Positions 51,142 through 58,812 of a DNA stretch of 64,000 bases are shown piece by piece. This stretch comes from a virus: IMG/VR virus record IMGVR_UViG_3300047678_000094, positions 33,449 to 97,448 of that record, one strand, 5' to 3'. The notes beneath the pieces are model-generated. The model saw only the letters and a program-made list of their open reading frames with translations, was not told the origin of the DNA and did not search any database. The translations under genes were made by a program, and so were the position numbers. How positions within the stretch are numbered: position 1 is the first letter of the stretch; every line of letters starts with the position of its first letter.

Positions 51142-52047
51142 ATGGAAAACCAAAGCGTAGGACCTGCCCCAAGTCCATCACCAAGTGGGGGAATGCAAAT
51201 TCAGATCCCAATTGAGAAACTGCGTGAGAGAAAACTCTTCGTTGCAACTCCGATGTATGGTGGTCAGTGTAGCGGGATGTTTGCTCGTTCTTGTGCAGAC
51301 CTTTCGGCTCTTTGCACAAAGTACGGCATCCAACTCCGCTACTACTTTCTCTTCAACGAATCTCTGATCACACGCGGCCGTAACTACTGCGTCGACGAAT
51401 TCCTACGTTCCGGTTATACGCACATGATGTTCATCGACTCGGATATTGGATTCAACGCCAACGACGTTATCGCATTGATGGCAATGCAATCGCCAGATCC
51501 AAAAGATGATAATTACGATATCCTCTGTGGTCCCTACCCAAAGAAGTGTATCTCTTGGGAGAAGATTAAGATGGCCGTGGATAAAGGATTTGCTGATGAA
51601 GACCCGAACGTCCTAGAACGGTTTGTTGGTGATTACGTTTTCAATCCAGTCGGTGGAACGAAAACAATTCAGATCAATCAACCAACAGAAATTCTCGAAG
51701 CTGGAACAGGGTTTATGATGATCCGTCGTAACACCTTTGAGAAATTCGCTGCGGCTTATCCTCAACAAGCATATAAACCTGATCACGTAAGAACTGCTCA
51801 CTTCGACGGTTCGCGTGAAATTATTGCTTACTTCGATACGCCAATCGACCCAGAATCAAAACGCTACCTTTCAGAGGACTATATGTTCTGCCAATGGACT
51901 CGCAAGATCGGACTGAAAGTGTGGTTCTGCCCATGGATGAAACTCCAACATGTTGGATCGTTCATCTTCGGTGGTTCTCTAGCTGACCTTGCACAAATCG
52001 GAGCATCAGCCACCGCTGACCAAGCTCAAATCAAGAAACCAAAGTGA
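51142..52047 (+). CDS. GT-A fold glycosyltransferase-like protein
   Basis: ATPMYGG, ESLITRGRN, FIDSDI (DxD), GTGFMMI, LSEDYMFC; ATG 51142 after aagga. Confidence 0.7.
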   Translation: MENQSVGPAPSPSPSGGMQIQIPIEKLRERKLFVATPMYGGQCSGMFARSCADLSALCTKYGIQLRYYFLFNESLITRGRNYCVDEFLRSGYTHMMFIDSDIGFNANDVIALMAMQSPDPKDDNYDILCGPYPKKCISWEKIKMAVDKGFADEDPNVLERFVGDYVFNPVGGTKTIQINQPTEILEAGTGFMMIRRNTFEKFAAAYPQQAYKPDHVRTAHFDGSREIIAYFDTPIDPESKRYLSEDYMFCQWTRKIGLKVWFCPWMKLQHVGSFIFGGSLADLAQIGASATADQAQIKKPK

Positions 52048-52061
52048 TAGGATAACACACA

Positions 52062-52721
52062 ATGCAACTTTCCAACGAGACGAACTCAGTTCTGAAAAAC
52101 TTCGCCAGCATCAACCCGAACCTTCTGGTGAAGCCTGGTAAGAGCCTTCGCACTATCTCTCCGACCAAGTCGGTCATGGCTCGCGCCACCGTCGCGGAGA
52201 AATTCGACAAAGGCTTCGCGATCTTCGATCTGAGCCAGTTCCTCGGCCGTCTGTCGCTCTTCGACAAGCCGGAACTGACGATCAACGAGTCCTTCATGGA
52301 AATCTCTGAAGGTGAAGAATACTCCGAGTTCGCATTCGCGGATCAGGAGAACATCGTAGCTCCGCCTGAGAAAGAGATCACCCTGCCGAAAGCAGAGATC
52401 AACTTTGAGCTCACGGAAAAGGACTTCTCCAAAGTCATGAAAGCCATGAGCGTATCCGGCCTTCCGGAAATCGCTGTGTCTGGCGAAGATGGTAAACTCC
52501 AGCTTCAAGCCATTGACTCCAAAGGTGTCAGCAAAGACGTCTTCACAATCAACATCGGCAAGACGAAACTGAAATTCCGCATGATCTTCCGTGCGGACAA
52601 CCTGAAGATCATCCCCGGCGATTATGCCGTGGCGATCTCTTCGAAAGGTCTCGCCCATTTCAAATCGGAGAAGGTTGAGTACTGGATTGCTGTTGAGCAA
52701 AACAGCAAGTTCGAAGGCTAA
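52062..52721 (+). CDS. gp45: Sliding clamp gp45
   Basis: LKNFASIN, FAIFDLSQFL, NLKIIPGDY, YWIAVE. Confidence 0.93.
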   Translation: MQLSNETNSVLKNFASINPNLLVKPGKSLRTISPTKSVMARATVAEKFDKGFAIFDLSQFLGRLSLFDKPELTINESFMEISEGEEYSEFAFADQENIVAPPEKEITLPKAEINFELTEKDFSKVMKAMSVSGLPEIAVSGEDGKLQLQAIDSKGVSKDVFTINIGKTKLKFRMIFRADNLKIIPGDYAVAISSKGLAHFKSEKVEYWIAVEQNSKFEG

Positions 52722-52745
52722 TCGTTCTCAACAAGGACACTCATT

Positions 52746-53684
52746 ATGATGATTCGTGAAGAATTCCTCTGGGTTGAAAAGTACCGTCCCAAGACTATCG
52801 ACGACTGTATCCTCCCAGAAAAACTTAAAGCGTCATTCCAAAGGTTCGTTGAGCAGAAAGAAGTTCCAAATCTTCTTCTGAGCGGCGGACCCGGAGTTGG
52901 TAAGACAACTGTTGCACGCGCTATGCTCGAGCAACTCGGTTGCGATTACATCGTTATCAACGGTTCTATGAATGGTGGTATTGACACCCTTCGAACCGAT
53001 ATCCAAAACTTCGCTTCATCTGTATCACTTACAGGTGGGCGTAAGTATGTCATTCTCGACGAGGCAGATTATCTTACTACTGCAACTCAACCAGCCCTCC
53101 GTAACTTCATGGAGGAATTCTCTAAGAACTGTGGCTTCATTCTGACTTGTAACTTCAAAGACAAGATCATCGCACCACTTCACTCGCGTTGTTCCGTTGT
53201 AGATTTCAAGATCACAAAGCTAGAAAAAGAAGAACTGGCGAAACAGTTCCTGAAGCGTGCCATGAACATTCTTAAGGCGGAGAATGTTGAGGCGGATAAA
53301 GGAGCCGTGGCTGGGGTGATCGTCAAGTTCTTCCCAGATTGGCGTAGGGTCCTCAACGAGCTCCAACAATATGCTGCTACTGGTAAGATTGATTCGGGTA
53401 TCCTGACAAATCTTCAAGATGTAAATCTGACGAAATTGATGGAATATCTGAAGGGTAAAAACTTCACCGCTATGCGTAAGTGGGTTGGTGAGTCGGATCT
53501 CGATGGCGTTTCTGTTTTCCGTGTCATCTATGATAAAGCAGAACAGTACGTTGTCGCCTCTTCAATCCCAAGTCTTGTCATCCTGATTGGTAAGTATCAA
53601 TATCAACATTCATTCGTATCTAACCCGGACATCAACATCGTAGCATTCCTCACAGAGTGTATGGTGGAATGTGAGTTCAAGTGA
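52746..53684 (+). CDS. gp44: Clamp loader large subunit gp44
   Basis: WVEKYRP, GPGVGKTT, DEAD, SRC. Confidence 0.95.
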   Translation: MMIREEFLWVEKYRPKTIDDCILPEKLKASFQRFVEQKEVPNLLLSGGPGVGKTTVARAMLEQLGCDYIVINGSMNGGIDTLRTDIQNFASSVSLTGGRKYVILDEADYLTTATQPALRNFMEEFSKNCGFILTCNFKDKIIAPLHSRCSVVDFKITKLEKEELAKQFLKRAMNILKAENVEADKGAVAGVIVKFFPDWRRVLNELQQYAATGKIDSGILTNLQDVNLTKLMEYLKGKNFTAMRKWVGESDLDGVSVFRVIYDKAEQYVVASSIPSLVILIGKYQYQHSFVSNPDINIVAFLTECMVECEFK

Positions 53685-53920
53685 GTTGGATTGAGAAGAT
53701 CTTTGACCTAATTGGTCTTCGAATTGAGAAGATTCCAACGAAGATTTGTATCTTCTGTGATGGTCCTTTACCTTCGGAACCAGCAAAGGTAATCGTCAAT
53801 GACGGTTCGGAGGTCGAAATTTGTGAGATCTGCGAGAAGATCCTCGAGCTATCCAACAAAGCCGTTAGAACGGGCAGAGCCCCGGAAAAGGATGAAGAAG
53901 ATGGCGACCAATCCTTTTGA
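53681..53920 (+). CDS. Small zinc-finger-like protein
   Basis: CIFC...CEIC. Confidence 0.5.
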   Translation: MSWIEKIFDLIGLRIEKIPTKICIFCDGPLPSEPAKVIVNDGSEVEICEICEKILELSNKAVRTGRAPEKDEEDGDQSF

Positions 53921-54281
53921 TTTTGTTTCAAGCGTAAACTTCACCAAGCGACACCTGATTAAAGAAGGTGAGGCGGATGAGAAGTCTTATCTTCCGTTTA
54001 TGGTAAACACCGCCTTGTCTTACTTCCCAGACACGGTGGAATACGCCAATATCATGAACATGAATTATCACCTGGACAACAAACTTCAGTATGATTATCT
54101 TTTTCACATAGTTAGACCAAAAAAACGTTTTAGTAAATGGGTTAAAAAAGAAACAGACACAATACTTCTTGCTATTTCAAAATATTATAAGTGTAATATC
54201 ACAAGAGCAAAGGAGTATAAGTCAATATTGACTGGAGACGAGATTAATCACATACTTCTTGTTTTAGAATCTTGTTCTTGA
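53901..54281 (+). CDS. gp62: Clamp loader small subunit gp62
   Basis: NPFDFV, YLPFMVN..LSYFPDT, QYDYL, KRFSKW; ATG 53901. Confidence 0.88.
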   Translation: MATNPFDFVSSVNFTKRHLIKEGEADEKSYLPFMVNTALSYFPDTVEYANIMNMNYHLDNKLQYDYLFHIVRPKKRFSKWVKKETDTILLAISKYYKCNITRAKEYKSILTGDEINHILLVLESCS

Positions 54282-54584
54282 TGCAAGATTTCCATGATAT
54301 CTTGAGATTGCTTGGTTTGTGGCATTTTCCACCCAAACACATATTGTAAGAATTTTGATCTTTAACGATACATTCGTTTACAATATTTTGTTCTGCTGTA
54401 AAAGCTTCTTGAATTGTGTCATAAAACGAAATTATTTCACGTTTGAAGTTTTTCTTATTGCTCTTTTTAATGCAACACCAGATCCTAGATAGCCGTCTTT
54501 GATGTCATTTGTTGAATGAACTCCGATATAGTACTTGTTGTTTATTTTGTTGATTGTTTTATATGTGAAAATATAAATAGTCAT
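54244..54584 (-). pseudogene. Frameshifted GIY-YIG homing endonuclease
   Basis: MTIYIFTYKTINKINNKYYIGVHSTNDIKDGYLGSGVALKRAIRK, then a frameshift to NFKREII...EAFTAEQNIV...YNMCLGG; own RBS (aaggagg) and TATAAATA on -. Confidence 0.8.
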
Positions 54585-54697
54585 GCTGGCCTCCTTCTAG
54601 GTTAGAGTCGGTGGGACTGGTACTCCGCGACCGATATTCTATTTATAATAAATATGCTTGATAACTTAGAAGACATAAAGAAAGCACTAGGTGAAAG

Positions 54698-55093
54698 ATG
54701 AATGTTGTTGATAGTCTGTTAGAAGTCACCCTCAAAGAGAAGGACGACTTCCTGAAGGTCATGGAGACCCTCACCCGCATTGGCATTGCCTCGCGGAAGG
54801 ACAAAGTGCTTTACCAATCCTGTCACATTCTGCACAAGAAAGCCCGTTACTACATCGTCCATTTTAAGGAACTCTTTAAGATAGACGGGAAGCCGACGGA
54901 TCTTTCCGAATCTGATATCCAGCGAAGAAATGCCATTGCGCTACTCTTAGAAAGCTGGGGACTATTACAGATCGTTAATAAAACAATAGCAGAAGAGAAT
55001 ACTGTCTCGCCTAATACTATCAAGGTAATACCATTCAAGGAAAAGAATGATTGGTCCCTTACCCCAAAGTATAACATCGGTAAAAAGCGTTAA
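54698..55093 (+). CDS. regA: Translational repressor RegA
   Basis: DFLKVMETLTRIGIA, LYQSCHILHK, YYIVHFKELF, PKYNIG. Confidence 0.95.
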   Translation: MNVVDSLLEVTLKEKDDFLKVMETLTRIGIASRKDKVLYQSCHILHKKARYYIVHFKELFKIDGKPTDLSESDIQRRNAIALLLESWGLLQIVNKTIAEENTVSPNTIKVIPFKEKNDWSLTPKYNIGKKR

Positions 55094-55138
55094 GTTTCAG
55101 GGTTTTACGACTTAGTAGAAAAAAAGTTGTAAAACCGC

Positions 55139-55167
55139 TTGACAAAAAGACCGAAAAGCGGCATACT
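55139..55167 (+). promoter_or_regulatory. Sigma70-like early promoter
   Basis: TTGACA-N17-CATACT with an upstream A-tract. Confidence 0.7.
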
Positions 55168-55191
55168 GAGACGGTGATAGGAGATACGCCT

Positions 55192-55374
55192 ATGGACGTT
55201 TTGGTTTACCGCCTCGCAACGCTTGATGACAGTATTGACCGTGTTGAGCAACTTGCAGATGAACTTGATTCCCGCCTTCGTCGTGGGGAACGCCTCGCTG
55301 ATGAGGAACTCGATTGGCTCGATTGGGCCAACAGCGTCACCAGCACGGCCAATTCTCAGCCGGTGGCCGCGTGA
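55192..55374 (+). CDS. Hypothetical early protein
   Basis: ATG after aggag. Confidence 0.55.
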   Translation: MDVLVYRLATLDDSIDRVEQLADELDSRLRRGERLADEELDWLDWANSVTSTANSQPVAA

Positions 55375-55547
55375 TGAAATTCCATAACGAGGATGGCACA
55401 CTCAAAGGTGATTTGGATGAGCGATATACGTTCGCGTGTGAGGAGCTTGATCTGATGCTCCAAACCGGACACATTACGCGTAGTCAATACTACTCTGAGT
55501 GTCGTAATCTAGAACGCGAATTTTATGGAGACGACTATGTCGATTGA
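55374..55547 (+). CDS. Hypothetical protein
   Basis: MKFHNED..., TGATG-coupled to the previous ORF. Confidence 0.5.
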   Translation: MKFHNEDGTLKGDLDERYTFACEELDLMLQTGHITRSQYYSECRNLEREFYGDDYVD

Positions 55548-55833
55548 GATGACAGTTTACGATTTCGTCACAGATCAGGAAGTACCTGTCGCGGTTCGAT
55601 ATTCTGTCGGACCTGGGAAATACGCTGTTCAGATGTGCGTTCCTTTTAAGCGGTGGCTTGAGTTGTGTGAGTTTTTCTCTGACGTAATTGAGGATGATGG
55701 ATTTCGACCGACAGGTCGTCGTTCTATAGCTAAACATCACATGGCTTTTTGGGTCAATAAAGCTGAGTATGTGAATTGGACCTATGTTGAGAACGTTCCA
55801 AGTTCTCACACCAAGGGAAGAGAACACAACTAA
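55525..55833 (+). CDS. Hypothetical protein
   Basis: ORF in the early operon. Confidence 0.5.
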   Translation: METTMSIEMTVYDFVTDQEVPVAVRYSVGPGKYAVQMCVPFKRWLELCEFFSDVIEDDGFRPTGRRSIAKHHMAFWVNKAEYVNWTYVENVPSSHTKGREHN

Positions 55834-55839
55834 TAACCT

Positions 55840-55877
55840 GACCACGTAGCTCAGTTGGATTAGAGCAGTAGCCTTCG
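55840..55877 (+). pseudogene. 5' half of a tRNA (Arg-like), truncated in the anticodon loop
   Basis: GACCACG-TA-GCTC-AGTTGGATTA-GAGC-A-GTAGC-CTTC; no T arm or 3' acceptor strand follows. Confidence 0.65.
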
Positions 55878-55938
55878 TCTTTATAAAGGCGTGATGGACC
55901 TGCAGGTCCATCACGTTCCGACGAATGTAAAAGTTATT

Positions 55939-56013
55939 GCCCCGTTCGTCTAATGGAAAGGACACAAAACTTCTAATTTTGTAATCGTGGTTCGATTCCA
56001 CGACGGGGTGCCA
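55939..56013 (+). tRNA. tRNA-Arg(TCT)
   Basis: Cloverleaf, loop CT-TCT-AA, TTCGATT, encoded CCA. Confidence 0.85.
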
Positions 56014-56057
56014 AACCGATAAATACTCTGTCAGTCGCTTAAACACAGGAAAACAAT

Positions 56058-56582
56058 ATGAGATCGCTAGCAGAAGTCTTTGTTGAAGTTCTTTCAGAAG
56101 AAAAACCTTACCGCGTAAGGATTTCTGGTAAGGGTAAACGCGCTGGCCAGGTGCGTGTCACTATGAGTGATGCAGAAGCGCAGCGCCACCGTTCGCCTTC
56201 GATCTTGAAAGATCGTGAACCGCAGGTTGGTGATCACGTTCGCAGACCTTATGATTGGAACACTGTTTCGGTCGTAACTAAAGTAGAGAAGAAAGCTGAG
56301 CCTGATAAATACGGTAATACTCATACAATTACTCACCAAGCTCTTGGACGTATTTGGTCAACCAAATCAGGATCGCCTGCTCAGGGTAATGGATACAAAC
56401 CATCTAAAGTAGCGACACCACCAAAAACGGTTTCTGTTGGTCTACACCCCAAGCATGGTTGGCATTCAGATCCAGGTCGCTATAATTCCAGCCATCATGA
56501 TACACAACCTCAGGGTTATGAGCACTTTGTTGTGACACCGAAAGCCGCCAGCTATTTGGATTTATATAAAGACAAAAAATAA
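56058..56582 (+). CDS. Basic His-rich protein, possible internal head protein
   Basis: GATAAATA late-like promoter, RBS; MRSLAEVFVEVLSEE leader. Confidence 0.55.
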   Translation: MRSLAEVFVEVLSEEKPYRVRISGKGKRAGQVRVTMSDAEAQRHRSPSILKDREPQVGDHVRRPYDWNTVSVVTKVEKKAEPDKYGNTHTITHQALGRIWSTKSGSPAQGNGYKPSKVATPPKTVSVGLHPKHGWHSDPGRYNSSHHDTQPQGYEHFVVTPKAASYLDLYKDKK

Positions 56583-56715
56583 CGCTGAAGTTTGTATGTA
56601 TGTATACGGACGGAAAGGTGAAAACTGTCTACTTTCCGTCCAAAGAACAATTCCTGATGTTTGTCCAATCCGAGGGTGACCATCTAGTAGAGTGGACTGA
56701 AGTTGTAATTCCTGA

Positions 56716-56744
56716 TTGACATTGGACCCGATACCGGGTATATT
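56716..56744 (+). promoter_or_regulatory. Sigma70-like promoter
   Basis: TTGACA-N17-TATATT. Confidence 0.65.
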
Positions 56745-56750
56745 AGGTGA

Positions 56751-57302
56751 ATGATGCGACAAATTCTCGGTAAAGAAATTCCTGAACTGATCATAATGAT
56801 TGGTCCTTCTGGGTCAGGTAAATCGACCCTCGCGAAGGATCTCAAGCATCCGATCGTTTCGACAGATACAATCCGCCAAAATTTGTTTGGGTTGAGAGAC
56901 GATAAGATTGATCCGGAAGCTTACACGCAACAAGGTTTCAGCGACACCTTTGCCGCTGCTAAATTTGTTGTAGAAGGATATTTGCGCGCTGGACAATCAG
57001 TTATCTATGATGCGACCAATCTAACAAAGAGCGATCGGCGTCAGTTTCTGTTGTGGCTTGGGCTGTTGGATAACACACCTTTGCTTGAACGTACAAGGGT
57101 CAGCGTTGTTTACTGTATTGTTGATCGCCCGTTGAACGATAAGATAAATTCTTATCGAGCGCGTGTTAAATCAGGTGATCCTGTTTACCACACAAGCGAA
57201 GATATCATACAACGACACCATGATAAGATGCAGACGCATCAAATTGATGCAGTGTTGGGTGATGGAATTCCTTGGATTACCGTTTGGGATTATCGCAAGT
57301 GA
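56751..57302 (+). CDS. Polynucleotide-kinase-like P-loop kinase
   Basis: GPSGSGKST, STDTIR, DATNL. Confidence 0.8.
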   Translation: MMRQILGKEIPELIIMIGPSGSGKSTLAKDLKHPIVSTDTIRQNLFGLRDDKIDPEAYTQQGFSDTFAAAKFVVEGYLRAGQSVIYDATNLTKSDRRQFLLWLGLLDNTPLLERTRVSVVYCIVDRPLNDKINSYRARVKSGDPVYHTSEDIIQRHHDKMQTHQIDAVLGDGIPWITVWDYRK

Positions 57303-57529
57303 GAGATTTTTTTGGAAATGATCTGAAGGTTGGTGATGAGGTCGCATTCTGCGAGCCTGGTTATCGCAACCTGATTACTGGAAAGATCCTCAATTTCACA
57401 CCACAAAAAGTGCGTGTTCAATACTTTGCGATGGACAAACGCAATACGACCTATTTGAGTGAACCGAATTTTCTCGTCAAGAAAATTCCTGTGTCAGTAA
57501 GAGATTTGATGGGTAAGGACGCCTGGTGA
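57299..57529 (+). CDS. Hypothetical protein
   Basis: RDFFGNDLKVGDEV, a common small phage protein pattern. Confidence 0.55.
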   Translation: MRDFFGNDLKVGDEVAFCEPGYRNLITGKILNFTPQKVRVQYFAMDKRNTTYLSEPNFLVKKIPVSVRDLMGKDAW

Positions 57530-57554
57530 ACTAAACAAAAAGAAGAAAGAGAAA

Positions 57555-57746
57555 ATGAAGAATATTGTTGTTGCTGCTCTGGCAGTTATTTCTTTGTCTG
57601 CTTGTAGTGGTGGTGGAACCCCAGCGGTTCCTCCTACTCTAGAAGAACAGGGTATTGAGAAAGTTTGTACCCCGGCCGATCCGACCACAGGTACACCTGA
57701 AGTTTGCGTTTGCAAAACCGCAACTGAAGCAACTACCTGTCCATAA
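57555..57746 (+). CDS. Small lipoprotein
   Basis: Signal peptide with LSAC lipobox. Confidence 0.7.
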   Translation: MKNIVVAALAVISLSACSGGGTPAVPPTLEEQGIEKVCTPADPTTGTPEVCVCKTATEATTCP

Positions 57747-57748
57747 TT

Positions 57749-58070
57749 CGTAGGGAATTCTTCTGTTATACCTACGTGCGTGCTGTTCTAGAGCAGTCGA
57801 GTTCAACAGAAATTGACGTACTTAATTCTGAGTCTGACGTACGCTCTTAAAATGACTTCGGGCAGTCCTGGCCTGCCGTAAAAGCCAGGGGCTATTTTTA
57901 AGCAGTGGATTGAAACAGACCCGAAAATACTGACGAAGCAGGGATGCATCCCGGATGAAGCGGTAATTGGTAAGTAGGGCGTCACTCGGTGACTGGCTTA
58001 ATATCGTGAAAGCCGACGCAGAAGGCTTGACTTTGGTGGACGGGAGAGAAATCCACACAGATTTTATGAA
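57749..58070 (+). ncRNA. Unassigned structured non-coding RNA candidate
   Basis: No + ORF of 60 aa or more; many hairpins and two pseudoknot-compatible pairings. Confidence 0.5.
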
Positions 58071-58079
58071 AGAGAGATT

Positions 58080-58439
58080 ATGAGTCAACTTGATGGATAT
58101 ACGATTGATGCTGGTGAATGGGTAAGAAAAGTTTTTCCAGATGAAATTGTTTTTGATGGTATCGAAAGATGCAGTCGCTTTTTGGAAGAATCTCTTGAGC
58201 TCGTTCAGGCTCTAGGATATGATCGCGAAAAAGCCCATGTTCTTGTAGATTATGTATTCAGTCGCCCGGCTGGTGAAAAACGCCAAGAGCTTGGTGGTGT
58301 GATGGTAACTCTTGCCATTTTGTCTTATGTCAATTCTATGCATATGTGGGATGAGGGACAATACGAATTGCGTCGTATAAGTAAACCTGAAGTGATTGAA
58401 AAGATCAAAGAGAAACAAAAATCGAAACCTAAATTTTAG
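58080..58439 (+). CDS. MazG-like nucleotide pyrophosphohydrolase
   Basis: RFLEESLELVQA...QELGGVMVTL. Confidence 0.65.
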   Translation: MSQLDGYTIDAGEWVRKVFPDEIVFDGIERCSRFLEESLELVQALGYDREKAHVLVDYVFSRPAGEKRQELGGVMVTLAILSYVNSMHMWDEGQYELRRISKPEVIEKIKEKQKSKPKF

Positions 58440-58515
58440 GACCATTAGCTCAGCGGTTTAGAGCTTCCCGTTGTCTGCGGGAATGTCGCCGGTTCGAATC
58501 CGGCATGGTTCGCCA
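58439..58515 (+). tRNA. tRNA-Asp(GTC)
   Basis: TCCCG-TTGTCTG-CGGGA, TTCGAAT, CCA. Confidence 0.85.
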
Positions 58516-58520
58516 CTATT

Positions 58521-58601
58521 GTTCTTGTAGCTCAACTGGACCAGAGCATCAGATTACGAATCTGGGGGTTGATGAGGGTTCAAATCCTTCCAAGAACGCC
58601 A
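58521..58601 (+). tRNA. tRNA-Arg(ACG)
   Basis: TCAGA-TTACGAA-TCTGG, GTTCTTG/CAAGAAC acceptor, CCA. Confidence 0.85.
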
Positions 58602-58606
58602 CAATT

Positions 58607-58700
58607 CACGAGACCTCTGTATGCTGTCACATACGGCCTTGACAGAGGACAGTCTAGTAAGCTGACACTTTCCTGTCACCGGAACGACAAAGGTCTCGTG
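58607..58700 (+). ncRNA. Compact doubly pseudoknotted RNA candidate
   Basis: 10-bp closing stem CACGAGACCT/AGGTCTCGTG with two internal pseudoknot-compatible pairings. Confidence 0.5.
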
Positions 58701-58812
58701 TCTTAGTTCGCAGGCTGGGTGTAGCCAGTTGCTAGTTCGATTCTAGCAGTAAAGATGGGGTCGCTCCACAGGAGTTGCAATACTCCCCCTGAGATTTTAT
58801 TATGAGGATGTT

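Noticed and set aside
52086-52700. 204-aa antisense ORF over gp45, and similar shadow ORFs over other core genes
   Set aside because: Explained by codon bias of the sense gene; no motifs or RBS
55939-56013. Reading the CTTCTAA loop as a CTA suppressor anticodon
   Set aside because: The stem register centres TCT in the 7-nt loop
57749-58070. tmRNA, RNase P RNA or group I intron identity
   Set aside because: No tRNA-like ends or tag frame, no RNase P P4 motif, and no interrupted gene
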